A stretch of 64,000 bases of DNA from positions 24,871 to 88,870 of the forward strand of contig CAWDOL010000014.1 in NCBI GenBank assembly GCA_963803915.1. Direction: 5' to 3'. The notes under the pieces were generated by a model that was given only the letters and a program-made list of their open reading frames with translations, did no database searches and was not told the DNA's origin. The position numbers and the translations under genes are program-made. Source of the DNA: Candidatus Aminicenantes bacterium (GTDB lineage: Bacteria; Acidobacteriota; Aminicenantia; Aminicenantales; UBA4085). This document shows positions 40,812 through 50,009 of this stretch, in pieces. The stretch's first letter is position 1; every line of letters starts with the position of its first letter.

Positions 40812-40840
40812 ATAATAACGCCACGCGTTATCATCGTCAA
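40812..40840 (-). promoter_or_regulatory. higBA sigma70 promoter with palindromic operator
   Basis: Minus strand TTGACG-N17-TATTAT; ATAACGC-CAC-GCGTTAT palindrome at 40815-40831. Confidence 0.75.
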
Positions 40841-40890
40841 GTATCGGCTGAATTGAGGAAGCCCGATCGCAGTTCTCTGAGGGGCTCCTC

Positions 40891-42186
40891 TTACTTCAGC
40901 TTCAATTCGACGTTGTCGCGGATCCAGTGGGCGTCCCACCACTCGACCGGGTTGACGAACACACCCTGGACGATCATGGCGAAGTGGAGATGATCGCCGC
41001 CGGCCATGCCGGTCGAGCCGGTCAGGCCGAGTACCCCGCCCCGGGCCACGTCCTTGCCCTTCTCGACATCGATCCGGCTCAGGTGGGCGTAGAGGCTGAA
41101 GAGCCCCTGGCCATGATCCAGGATGACGGTCCCGCCGTAGATGCCCAGGTCGCCGGCGAAGGCGACCTTGCCCGCGTTGGCGGCCGGGACCGGGCTCTGG
41201 GCCAGCGAGGCGAGGTCGACGCCGAGGTGGGTCTGGGTGTCGATTTCCTTGCCGTCATAGACATAGGTCCGCGCATCTCCGATAGCCCGCCATCGGCTTG
41301 GAGTCGGGCAGGCGGAGGAAGGCCCCCGACCAAAGGGCTTGCGGCACGGTCTCCCGGCAGACAGCCTGGATCGTCTCGGCGTCCTTGCGGCGCTGGTCGC
41401 GGTTGACGGACAGGAAGACGTCGACATCGCTCCCCTGCAGGCTCGCGTCGCGCTCCTTGAAATACGGCAGGACGTCGGCCAGGAACTTGTCGCTGATGGC
41501 GATCTTGTCGCTCTTGAAGGCCTTCTTCTTGACCACCGGCCGGAAGGCCAGGCTGGCTTTGTTGCCGACCGCGTCGGCGGCGTAAGCCTGGAAGGAGACC
41601 TCGGCGGGCACGCCGTGGCCCAAGGCGTAGAAGACGACCAGTCGGTTGCCCTCCAACGGATAGCCGAGGAATTCGACGCCGCCGACCCTGAGTCCGCTCG
41701 CGGCGGGCGCTTCGTCGGAAGAATAGGCGACGCAACCACGCCGCCCTGATTGACGTAATGGGGGCCGCCCATAACGGTTAGGCGGGGCGGCTTGGTGTCG
41801 ACGACGGCCTTTTTCTCGGCCACGGCCACATTGCCGCCGTTCCAGGATCGATCCTCGGCCGTGACCCGGATCAGGATCGGCCCGTCGACAAGCCCCGCCG
41901 GGAGCGGCCGCAGGGCGATCGCCTTCTCAAGCTCGCGCGTCCCCGCCGCTATCGGCTCGGCCCACAGCTCGGCCGTCTTGTCGCCCTGGACGGCTTCCAC
42001 CCGGATCGTGGCCAGCCCACTCTTGGCGTCGCCGACCTTGATCTTCAGCTCTGGCCCCAAGGCCTCGCCCCCGGCGATTTCGATCCACGGCTTGCCGGAC
42101 TCGAACACGGTCAGCTTGGCCGTGATGCCGCCCGCGATCAGGATGAGGAGCAGGATGGGCAGGGTCTTTCGAAGCGCTTTTCTCAT
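40891..42186 (-). CDS. M23-family metallopeptidase with N-terminal membrane anchor; compensating frameshifts near 41737 (-1) and 41281 (+1)
   Basis: THLGVDLA (HxxxD), SLYAHLS, GDHLHF (HxH); middle segment in ORF 41255..41656 frame. Confidence 0.87.
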   Translation of the reverse strand: MRKALRKTLPILLLILIAGGITAKLTVFESGKPWIEIAGGEALGPELKIKVGDAKSGLATIRVEAVQGDKTAELWAEPIAAGTRELEKAIALRPLPAGLVDGPILIRVTAEDRSWNGGNVAVAEKKAVVDTKPPRLTVMGGPHYVNQGGVVASPILPTKRPPRADSGSAASNSSAIRWRATDWSSSTPWATACPPRSPSRLTPPTRSATKPAWPSGRWSRRRPSRATRSPSATSSWPTSCRISRSATRACRGAMSTSSCPSTATSAARTPRRSRLSAGRPCRKPFGRGPSSACPTPSRWRAIGDARTYVYDGKEIDTQTHLGVDLASLAQSPVPAANAGKVAFAGDLGIYGGTVILDHGQGLFSLYAHLSRIDVEKGKDVARGGVLGLTGSTGMAGGDHLHFAMIVQGVFVNPVEWWDAHWIRDNVELKLK

Positions 42187-42230
42187 GATTTCAACCTTCG
42201 TCGGATGTCCTCGGCGACGACGCGAAAACG

Positions 42231-43232
42231 CTATTCGATCGATACTTCTCGGCGGCCCTTCACGATCTCGCCGATGCGGTAGGCCTTTTGGCCTTGCGCC
42301 GCGAACAGGCGGATGGCCCGCTCGGCGTCCGCGGCGGCGACCACCACGGCCATGCCGATGCCCATGTTCAGGGTCCGGTACATCTCGCGGTCGGCGACTC
42401 CGCCTCGCTCCTGGATGGTCCGGAAGATGCGCGGCACCGGCCACGAGCCCGCTCGGACCCGGACGCCCAGGCCCTCGGGCACGACCCGCGGGATGTTGTC
42501 GTAGAAGCCGCCGCCCGTGATGTGGGCCATGGCCTTGATCCTGACCTTCTTGAGCACGGCCAGGATGGCCCGGGTGTAAATGCGGGTGGGCCGTAGCAGC
42601 TCGCGGCCGATGGGGCCCTTGAGCTCTTTTTCGGTGAAGGCCTTGCGGGCCAGCGAGTAGCCGTTGCTGTGCAGACCGCTCGAGGCCAGGCCGAGGACGG
42701 CGTCGCCCTTGCGGCAGGCTCGGCCGTCGATGATCTTGGGACGGTCGACGATCCCGACGCAGAAGCCGGCCAGGTCCCATTGCCCGGGGAAGTAGAGGCC
42801 GGGCAGCTCCGCCGTCTCGCCGCCGACCAGGGCGCAGTTAGCTTCTCTGCAGCCTTTGACGACACCCTTGATGACCTGGGCGAGCTGGGCCTTGTCCAGC
42901 CGGCCGCAGGCGATGTAGTCGAGGAAGAACAGCGGCTCGGCCCCGGTGACGATGACGTCGTCCACACTCATGGCCACCAGGTCGATACCGACGGTGTCGA
43001 ACTTGCCCAGCAGGTCGGCCAGCATCAGCTTGGTGCCGACGCCGTCGGTCGAGGAGACAAGCACCGGCTCCTTCATGCCCCGCAGGCTCGGCCGGAACAG
43101 CCCGCTGAAGCCCCCGATCCCCCCCAGCACCTCGGGCCGGGCCGTGGACTTGACCATCGGCTTGATGCGGGCGATGAAAGCGTCGGCCGCGTCGATGTTG
43201 ACGCCGGCTTGGCGGTAGGTCAGGGCGGACAT
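42231..43232 (-). CDS. purM: Phosphoribosylformylglycinamidine cyclo-ligase (AIR synthetase)
   Basis: TYRQAGVNID, STDGVGTKL, FFLDY, GGETAE, SSGLHSNG, TLNMGIG. Confidence 0.97.
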   Translation of the reverse strand: MSALTYRQAGVNIDAADAFIARIKPMVKSTARPEVLGGIGGFSGLFRPSLRGMKEPVLVSSTDGVGTKLMLADLLGKFDTVGIDLVAMSVDDVIVTGAEPLFFLDYIACGRLDKAQLAQVIKGVVKGCREANCALVGGETAELPGLYFPGQWDLAGFCVGIVDRPKIIDGRACRKGDAVLGLASSGLHSNGYSLARKAFTEKELKGPIGRELLRPTRIYTRAILAVLKKVRIKAMAHITGGGFYDNIPRVVPEGLGVRVRAGSWPVPRIFRTIQERGGVADREMYRTLNMGIGMAVVVAAADAERAIRLFAAQGQKAYRIGEIVKGRREVSIE

Positions 43233-43264
43233 GGGCGCTCCTCGGGGACGGGGATGGGACCTTT

Positions 43265-43323
43265 TTTATACCATCCCCCTGGGGGGGCGTCAACTTGAGG
43301 CGCCTTCCCCTTTCTGGTAACGT
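43265..43323. promoter_or_regulatory. Back-to-back divergent sigma70 promoters for purM and yvcK
   Basis: Minus: TTGACG(43293-43288)-N17-TATAAA; plus: TTGAGG(43295-43300)-N17-TAACGT; both with TG extended -10. Confidence 0.6.
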
Positions 43324-43345
43324 AAGGGGAGGGAGACCAAACACG

Positions 43346-44311
43346 ATGAGCCCGAATGCGCCGAAATCCGCCCGGCCCAAGCGCCGCCCCAAGATCGTCG
43401 TCATCGGCGGCGGCACGGGCTCGTTCAACGTCCTGATGGGACTCAAAGCCTACGAAGTCGACCTGACCGCGGTCGTTTCGATGATGGACTCGGGCGGAAG
43501 CACCGGCCGGTTGCGCGACGAATTCGGGTTTCTCCCGCCCGGCGACGTTCGCCGCTGCTTAGCCGCCTTGAGCCGCGACACGGGGCTTTTGCGGGCGCTC
43601 TTCGAGTACCGCTTCGACCGCGGCCAGGGCCTGGACGGCCACAGCTTCGGCAACCTCTTTTTGACCGTCCTGCGCGACATCACCGGCTCCGACGCCGAGG
43701 CCATCAAAGAAATGGGCAAGATCCTCCACGTCCAGGGCAGCGTCCTGCCGGTGACGCTCGCCAACTGTCAGCTCGGCGCCATCCTGGAGAACGGCCAGGT
43801 CGTGGTCGGCGAGAAGAACATTTCCGTTCCCAAGCACAACCCCAAGCTTCGGATCAAGAAGCTCTTCCCCGTGCCGCCCGTCCGCGTCTATAAAGAGGCG
43901 GAGCGCGCCATCCTTGAAGCCGACAAGATCGTCATCGGCCCCGGCGACCTCTACACCAGCATCCTCTCGAACGTCATCGTCGGCGGCGTCAAGGCGGCCC
44001 TCCACAAGTCCAAAGCCAGCAAGATCTACATCTGCAACATCATGACCAAGAAGGGCGAGACCTCGGGCTATGCCGCGGCCGATCACGTCCGCGAGCTCGA
44101 GAAGTACCTGGGCAAGGGCGCGGTCACTCGGGTCGTATGCAACATCAAGCCCCCGGCCGCCGCCCTGCTCCGCAAATACGCCGCCGAGGGGGCCGAGTTC
44201 GTGGCGCCGGACCCCAAGGACCCGCGGGTGGTCAGGGCCGACCTGCTGGGCGGGCGCGACCTCGTCCGCCACGACCCCGATAAGCTGGCCCGCGTCCTGA
44301 TCGGGCTGTAA
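43346..44311 (+). CDS. yvcK: YvcK/GlmR (UPF0052) gluconeogenesis factor family protein
   Basis: VVIGGGTG, DSGGSTGRLR, PPGDVRRCL, GHSFGNL, GPGDLYTSI, RHDPDKLA. Confidence 0.9.
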   Translation: MSPNAPKSARPKRRPKIVVIGGGTGSFNVLMGLKAYEVDLTAVVSMMDSGGSTGRLRDEFGFLPPGDVRRCLAALSRDTGLLRALFEYRFDRGQGLDGHSFGNLFLTVLRDITGSDAEAIKEMGKILHVQGSVLPVTLANCQLGAILENGQVVVGEKNISVPKHNPKLRIKKLFPVPPVRVYKEAERAILEADKIVIGPGDLYTSILSNVIVGGVKAALHKSKASKIYICNIMTKKGETSGYAAADHVRELEKYLGKGAVTRVVCNIKPPAAALLRKYAAEGAEFVAPDPKDPRVVRADLLGGRDLVRHDPDKLARVLIGL

Positions 44312-44399
44312 TTCCCAGACACATACTTAATTATTTCGGCTAGGTTCCAAGTTGTTGCATATAGGCATTTTATGGAAAAAGGTCTGTGTCTGGGAATTA
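44309..44399. repeat. 91-bp AT-rich element bounded by 15-bp perfect inverted repeats
   Basis: TAATTCCCAGACACA (44309-44323) and TGTGTCTGGGAATTA (44385-44399). Confidence 0.65.
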
Positions 44400-44423
44400 T
44401 GTTAATCGCCCGGTCCTCCGGGC

Positions 44424-44450
44424 TGTAACCATTTGGCGGGAATCGAGTCT
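44424..44450 (+). promoter_or_regulatory. Putative ECF-type autoregulatory promoter
   Basis: TGTAACC-N16-GTCT upstream of the second ECF sigma gene. Confidence 0.55.
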
Positions 44451-44532
44451 TTATTCATGATATGAGAAAATCAGGCCTGATCGGGAATGCCCCTAAAGGC
44501 GATATATCGCCGATCACCCTTAAGGCAGGGCA

Positions 44533-45090
44533 ATGACCGACGACATGGTGATGAAAGCGGTCCGGGACGGGCGGGTCGAGCAATTGGCCGTCCTTTTCGA
44601 GCGCCATCACGTCGCCCTCTACAACTTCTTCCTCCGCCTGACCGGGAACCGCGCCGCCAGCGAGGATCTGGTCCAGGACGTTTTTATCCGCATCCTCAAA
44701 TACCGAACCACTTACCACGGCGAAGATAGGTTCACCGTCTGGATGTACAAGATCGCCCGCAACGCCCACATCGACCACCTGCGCAAGAGAAAAGACGCTC
44801 TGCCGCTGGACGACCAGCTTATCGAACCCGCCCACGCCGGGGCCGGACCTGCCGAAATGGCCGAGAAGGGCGCCGAAGCCGCGCTCGTGGCCCGGGCGCT
44901 CGACGAGCTGTCGCCCAAAAAGAAGGAAATCCTGATGCTGAGCCGCTATCAAAACTTGAAATACCGCGAGATCGCCGACCTGCTCGACTGCCCGGTGGGG
45001 ACGGTCAAGGGACTCGTCCACCGGGCCGTGGCCGAGCTCGGCGAGATCTACGCCCGACTGAACCAGGAGGCCTGCCGCCATGAAATGTGA
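44533..45090 (+). CDS. ECF sigma factor
   Basis: SEDLVQDVFIRILKYR, WMYKIARN..IDH, LSRYQNLKYREIA..GTVKGLVHRA. Confidence 0.93.
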   Translation: MTDDMVMKAVRDGRVEQLAVLFERHHVALYNFFLRLTGNRAASEDLVQDVFIRILKYRTTYHGEDRFTVWMYKIARNAHIDHLRKRKDALPLDDQLIEPAHAGAGPAEMAEKGAEAALVARALDELSPKKKEILMLSRYQNLKYREIADLLDCPVGTVKGLVHRAVAELGEIYARLNQEACRHEM

Positions 45091-45892
45091 CGAGATCCGC
45101 GACCTCTTCTCCGACGCCCTGACCGGCGAGCTGGAAGCGGCGGACCGGGCCAGGATGGAGATCCACATCGCCGGCTGCCCCTTCTGCGCCGACGAGCTGC
45201 GCGGCCTGAGCGAGACCTGGACCCGGCTGGGCGTTCTGCCCACGGAGCGCCCCGCCGCCTCTTTGAGCGGCCGCTTCTACGCCATGCTCGAGGCCGAGCG
45301 CCGGCAGATCGAGAAGGAAGCCGCGGCGGCTCGGCCCGCCCGCAAGCCGCTCTTCTCCGGCTGGCGCATCCCCCGCCCCGCCTTCCAATTCGGGCTGGGA
45401 GCGCTGCTTCTCGCCGCCGGGCTCGGGGCCGGGCTTCTGCTCGGCTCGGGCGGCGCGGTCGGCGGCCGCACGGAAGCGCTTCGCGGCCAGGTCGACGACC
45501 TGCGCCAGACCGTGGCCGTGGCCCTGCTCGACAAGCCCTCGAGCTCGGACCGCCTGCAGGGCTTGAGCTACACCCGCGAGGTCAGCCGGCCCGGCCGGTC
45601 CACGCTGGACGCGCTTCTGCGCACCCTCGACGGCGACCCCAGCGTCTCCGTGCGCCTGGCCGCCGTGGACGCCCTCTACATCTTCGCCGGCGAACCCGCG
45701 GTCAAGGACGGTATCATCGCCTCCCTGGCCCGCCAGGAGTCGCCGCTCGTCCAGGTGGCCCTCATCGACCTCCTGGTCGACCTTCGAGAGAAAAAGGCCG
45801 TCGATTCCCTGCGCGCCCTGCTCGGCAACAAGGCCATCGAGCCGGGCGTCCGCCAGAAGGCCGAAAAAGGCATCAGCCAGCTGACCATGTGA
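45080..45892 (+). CDS. ZAS anti-sigma factor with TM and C-terminal HEAT-repeat domain
   Basis: MKC, HIAGCPFC; TM; DPSVSVRLAAVDAL and ESPLVQVALIDLL HEAT-like repeats. Confidence 0.87.
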   Translation: MKCDEIRDLFSDALTGELEAADRARMEIHIAGCPFCADELRGLSETWTRLGVLPTERPAASLSGRFYAMLEAERRQIEKEAAAARPARKPLFSGWRIPRPAFQFGLGALLLAAGLGAGLLLGSGGAVGGRTEALRGQVDDLRQTVAVALLDKPSSSDRLQGLSYTREVSRPGRSTLDALLRTLDGDPSVSVRLAAVDALYIFAGEPAVKDGIIASLARQESPLVQVALIDLLVDLREKKAVDSLRALLGNKAIEPGVRQKAEKGISQLTM

Positions 45893-45905
45893 CGGAGACA
45901 AGACG

Positions 45906-46841
45906 ATGAAAAGATATTTTGCTCTCGCTCTCGTCCTCGCTTCCGCCCTAACGATCCCGGCCGGGACGGCTGGATCTGTTAGGACGGCCGAAGGCGCCGC
46001 TGCCGCCCTGGCCTTGCCGACGCTCTTGACCGGGCCCAATGACCGGGAATACAAGTTCGAAGCCAAGGAAGACATCCACAAGTCGTTCAAGCTGACCGAC
46101 CCAACCCAGCCCGCCGAGCTCTTCATCGACAACATCTTCGGCGGCATCGACGTGCAGGCGGCCGACGTCGCGGCCGTCGAGGTGTCGGTCCGCAAGACGA
46201 TCAAGGCCGTGGCCCAGGACCGGATTGCCAAGGCCAAGGCCGAGGTCGACCTCAAGATGACCCAGAAGGGCAACACCGTCGACCTCTTCGTCGACGGCCC
46301 CTTCCGTGACGAAGAGAGGAAGCGGCGCACGGCCCGCTGGAACGACCCCGGCTACATCGTAGTCTACGAGTTCACCGTCAAGGTCCCCCGCCGGACGCGG
46401 CTGGGGCTCAAGACGGTGACCGACGGCGACGTGTCCGTGCGCGGAGTGGACGGTGTCTTCGACGTCTCCAACGTCAACGGCAAGGTGACCCTGGACGGCA
46501 TCGCCGGCGCCGGCCAGGCCGATACCGTCAACGGGGACGTCAAGGCCGTTTTCACCCGCAACCCGGGCACGGACTGCTCCTTCAAGACCATCAACGGCGA
46601 CGTCGACCTGTCCTTCCGCGAAGGGCTGGCGGCCGATCTCCGGCTCAAGTCCATGACCGGAGAAGCCCTGTCCGACTACGCCGTAACTTCCCTGCCCATC
46701 GAGCCCGTCAAGGTCGAAAAGCGCGACGGCAAGACCGTCTACGGCCGGGGCGGCTTCACCGGCGTCCGCGTCGGCAAGGGCGGGCCCGAGATCCGCTGCG
46801 ACACCCTGAACGGCGACATCCTGATCCGCAAGTCCAAATGA
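45906..46841 (+). CDS. Secreted DUF4097 (toast-rack) protein
   Basis: Signal peptide; NIFGGI, TVTDGDV, NVNGKV, TVNGDV, TINGDV, TLNGDI repeats. Confidence 0.85.
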   Translation: MKRYFALALVLASALTIPAGTAGSVRTAEGAAAALALPTLLTGPNDREYKFEAKEDIHKSFKLTDPTQPAELFIDNIFGGIDVQAADVAAVEVSVRKTIKAVAQDRIAKAKAEVDLKMTQKGNTVDLFVDGPFRDEERKRRTARWNDPGYIVVYEFTVKVPRRTRLGLKTVTDGDVSVRGVDGVFDVSNVNGKVTLDGIAGAGQADTVNGDVKAVFTRNPGTDCSFKTINGDVDLSFREGLAADLRLKSMTGEALSDYAVTSLPIEPVKVEKRDGKTVYGRGGFTGVRVGKGGPEIRCDTLNGDILIRKSK

Positions 46842-46861
46842 AATTCCATAAGGAGATATCC

Positions 46862-47881
46862 ATGAAAAAGACCCTGTTCCGCATCCTCATCCCGGCCGTC
46901 CTGCTGGCGGCCACCATCACCGCCGGGCCGGTAACGGCCGTTTCACCCGCCCTAGCGGACCCGGCCGAGCGGCTGGTCGTCCCCCTTAGCAAGCCCGGCC
47001 AGCCGGCCGTCTTCGAAGCCAACGTCATGTTCGGCGCCATCAAGATCTCCGGCTACGACGGCAAAGACGTCGTCATCGAGGCCACGGCCCGGGCCAAGTC
47101 GGTCAAGGACAGCTGGGGCCCCCTGGCCGCCGTTGCCGGCGCTCTCCCTCCGACTGCGCCCGCCCCTCCCGCCCGCGTCTCCGGCTCCGCCGGCGCTGTC
47201 GTCGTTGCCCCGACTCCCCGGCCCGGCCGGGCGCCGAGGACCATCGCCTGGTTCGGCAACGACGAGAAATCCGAAAAGGAAAAGCAGGCCAAGGCCGCCG
47301 GCCTCAAGGCCGTGCCCCTGGCCGGCTCCGGTCTGACCGTGGAGGAAGAGGACAACGTCGTGACCCTGGAAGTCGAGTCCTGGCGGCAGGCTTACGACTT
47401 CGACATCAAAGTCCCGGCCGGAACCTCGCTCAAGATCGGCGGCGCCAACCTGGATGGCATCGTCATCGAGAACGTCTCCGGCGCGATCGAGATCGAGTCC
47501 GCCAACGGCGGCATCAAGATGACCAACGTGGCCGGCCCCATCGTGGCCGAATCGAACAACGGCGACATCGAGGTCGTCTTCAACCGGGTGCCCGCCGGCA
47601 AGCCGATGTCCTTCGTCACCTTCCACGGCGACGTGGACGTGACCCTGCCCGCCGAAAGCAAGGCGTCTTTCCGGATCAAGTCCTCGATGGGCGAGGTCTT
47701 CACCGACTTCGACCTGGCCCTCAAGACCGCGCCCGCCGAGGCCGAGAAGTCCACCGGACGCGAGGGCGGCAAGTACCGCATCAGCCTGGAGCGGGCCGTG
47801 CTCGGCTCCATCAACGGCGGCGGCGCCGAGATGAGCCTCCAGAACTACATGGGCAACATCTACATCCGGAAGCGCAAGTAA
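46862..47881 (+). CDS. Secreted DUF4097 (toast-rack) protein with Pro/Ala-rich insert
   Basis: AAGGAG RBS; SANGGI, SNNGDI, TFHGDV, SSMGEV, NYMGNI repeats; insert ALPPTAPAPPARV..PTPRPGRAPR. Confidence 0.85.
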   Translation: MKKTLFRILIPAVLLAATITAGPVTAVSPALADPAERLVVPLSKPGQPAVFEANVMFGAIKISGYDGKDVVIEATARAKSVKDSWGPLAAVAGALPPTAPAPPARVSGSAGAVVVAPTPRPGRAPRTIAWFGNDEKSEKEKQAKAAGLKAVPLAGSGLTVEEEDNVVTLEVESWRQAYDFDIKVPAGTSLKIGGANLDGIVIENVSGAIEIESANGGIKMTNVAGPIVAESNNGDIEVVFNRVPAGKPMSFVTFHGDVDVTLPAESKASFRIKSSMGEVFTDFDLALKTAPAEAEKSTGREGGKYRISLERAVLGSINGGGAEMSLQNYMGNIYIRKRK

Positions 47882-47905
47882 GCCGGATGATTCGAGCGAT
47901 CACCC

Positions 47906-47933
47906 GGGGGCGCGGATTTCCGCGCCCCCTTTT
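47906..47933 (+). terminator. Intrinsic terminator of ECF operon 2
   Basis: GGGGGCGCGGA-TT-TCCGCGCCCCC followed by TTTT. Confidence 0.85.
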
Positions 47934-48006
47934 AATTTGTATTTTCCCTATTTACGGGATAAAGGATAAGATTTTTTACGATCATTCGCGATGATCCGAG
48001 CAGACC

Positions 48007-48177
48007 ATGGATTGGGATAAGATCGAAGAATCGAAGAAAGCCGAACGGGCGCGGCTGGCGGCCCTGCCCATCGAAGAGAAGCTCCGCATCCTCGAAGCGA
48101 TTATCCGCCGCCGAGAGTCCATCCAACGCGGCCGTCCGCTCGAGAAGATGCGCGGCCGAACGGCGCCCGGGGAATAG
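48007..48177 (+). CDS. Small charged helical hypothetical protein (56 aa), absent from supplied ORF track
   Basis: MDWDKIEESKKAERARLAALPIEEKLRILEAIIRRRESIQRGRPLEKMRGRTAPGE; ATG to TAG with amphipathic heptad pattern. Confidence 0.55.
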   Translation: MDWDKIEESKKAERARLAALPIEEKLRILEAIIRRRESIQRGRPLEKMRGRTAPGE

Positions 48178-48294
48178 ACTCGTTCGATACCTTGGGCTTT
48201 TACCATCTTCAGCCGCGAAGCTGAGCGATCCCTTCGGCACTCTGAGGGCGCGATTCACCAGCCTCGCAGTCTGAACAATGGCCTAGCGCCGCTA

Positions 48295-49359
48295 TCAATC
48301 AGCCGCGCGACCCGACACCGTCCACTTCACCTTGCGGACGCGAATGGTCGGATTGCCGTCCGCGTCTTCGCTGCCCGAATAGACCCGGCCGTTCCGCCAA
48401 AGAAGCGAAATCGGGTCCGATCCCGCCAAATCGAATGAGCACAGGAACTTTCCATCCCGATTGAATGCATCCCAAGTCGAGACGCTCGGATTCCGCCGGA
48501 CTCTCGTTTGGACGAGGACTCGGCCGGCCTCATCCGTGAACATGGCATAGAACGGCTCGTAATAATCCGGGATTTCGTCGAAGTGGCCCTCCACTCCTGG
48601 AAACCTCTTCATCAGGGCTTCTACTTCGGCCCGATCCGACGGAGAGATAGGCTCGGGAATGCAATTCTTCAGGATTGTATCGACGATGTTTCCATCGACA
48701 TCAAACACGAGAATTTTATATTCGTGATTGATCGGATACGCGTAAATGATGCTATCGTCATTTCTGACTTCGAACCAATCCGAAGCCTGAAAATAGTCAG
48801 GAGGGAACCATACTCGCGAAAAGAATGTCTTTTCGAACCTTAAGTTGGAATCATACTTCTGAAATTTGACCGTCCTTTGCGACGTGTTCGTGACGACAGC
48901 GTAAAGGTTGCCCTTGGAATCGTATCGGATGTTAGAGAATGAGTCGGACATTCTTATCATCCGCACATACTGACCGTCCCGAACATCGAAAAAGGCCAGC
49001 CGCCGAGCGACCACACTGCTCACCGCCAATTCATTCCCGATGATCGCCAAACCGCTGGGTGCATCCAGTTCTCCCGGCCCCTGGCCCAATCGCCCAATGA
49101 CACGCTTTAAGTGACCTTGCTCGTCGAAAACCTTAACGTCGGATTCCCTGGGATCCAGAACATAGAGCTGGTTATATCCGTCCAGAGCCATTCGGGAGGG
49201 GCTTCTGAGCAAATGCTTCGGCCCCGTATCGACCGAGGTGATCACATAGTCGTCCTGGAACTCGACGGAAACCCGTTTTTCGATCACGGGCTCGCGCCCC
49301 GAACAGCAAAACCCGGTTATAACAAGAATCCCCGCCAGCGGATACTTCCTGATGCTCAT
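48295..49359 (-). CDS. 6-bladed beta-propeller protein, probable lipoprotein (divergent copy 3)
   Basis: ITGFCCSG lipobox-like; VKVFDEQGHLKRVIGRLGQGPGEL motif; visibly lower GC than flanks. Confidence 0.82.
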   Translation of the reverse strand: MSIRKYPLAGILVITGFCCSGREPVIEKRVSVEFQDDYVITSVDTGPKHLLRSPSRMALDGYNQLYVLDPRESDVKVFDEQGHLKRVIGRLGQGPGELDAPSGLAIIGNELAVSSVVARRLAFFDVRDGQYVRMIRMSDSFSNIRYDSKGNLYAVVTNTSQRTVKFQKYDSNLRFEKTFFSRVWFPPDYFQASDWFEVRNDDSIIYAYPINHEYKILVFDVDGNIVDTILKNCIPEPISPSDRAEVEALMKRFPGVEGHFDEIPDYYEPFYAMFTDEAGRVLVQTRVRRNPSVSTWDAFNRDGKFLCSFDLAGSDPISLLWRNGRVYSGSEDADGNPTIRVRKVKWTVSGRAAD

Positions 49360-49462
49360 GTCCCCTCCCCTCGACGATCTCGCGGAACGATCCGGGAGCT
49401 TTCAATATGGATACGACATCAGAAGCTCGGCTGTTTACCCGCTTGGGAAATCTGCTGATCAT

Positions 49463-49999
49463 TCAACGCAGGACGACGGCGCGGCTAAGCGCGACGCGGG
49501 GCCGGGCCTCGACGACGAATCCGGCGGCCTCGCACCTCTTGACGCCCGCCTCAAAGTCCGCTTCCCCGATGTGGAGCTTCGGCTCGGCCACGAAGACGCG
49601 GCCGCCGGGATTGAGGCGGGCCCGAATCTCCTTGAGGACGGCCTCTTCCCCGACCATCTCGTGCAGGGACCAGAAGAGCAGGACGAAGTCCGCGGACGGG
49701 TAGGCGAGCGCGTCCGGCCGGACCAACAGAGTGGAGACGCGTCCCCCGACGCCGGCTTTCCTGGCCCGCTTTTCGATGGCCTGGAGCATCTTGGGCTCGA
49801 CGTCTGCCGCGTATACCCGCCCGGACTCGCCGACCAGGCGGGCCAGCGGAATCGTGAAAAATCCCTTCCCCGCCCCGAGGTCGAGGGCGGTGGTACCCGC
49901 CCGCACATATGGGGCGAAGAGCCTGGCCGCGTCATGGATCGGCCGCCGGAAGCGGTTGTCGAAGGTGAAGCAGAACCAGGGCGGACAGCGATGGGGCAT
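49463..49999 (-). CDS. Class I SAM-dependent methyltransferase
   Basis: ALDLGAGKGFFT motif I, VYAADVEPKM, ADFVLLFWSLHEM, LNPGGRVFVAEP. Confidence 0.88.
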   Translation of the reverse strand: MPHRCPPWFCFTFDNRFRRPIHDAARLFAPYVRAGTTALDLGAGKGFFTIPLARLVGESGRVYAADVEPKMLQAIEKRARKAGVGGRVSTLLVRPDALAYPSADFVLLFWSLHEMVGEEAVLKEIRARLNPGGRVFVAEPKLHIGEADFEAGVKRCEAAGFVVEARPRVALSRAVVLR

Positions 50000-50009
50000 A
50001 ACCGGCTCC

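Noticed and set aside
40891-42780. 629-aa ORF start overlapping purM (likewise 9461..12349, 21162..23093, 58788..60296 upstream extensions)
   Set aside because: Upstream parts are alternate-frame read-through of neighbouring genes; real starts are 42186, 12139, 21596 and 59792
43346-44311. CofD / F420 biosynthesis
   Set aside because: Motifs (DSGGSTGRLR, PPGD.R.CL, GHSFGN) match the YvcK branch and no cof genes are nearby
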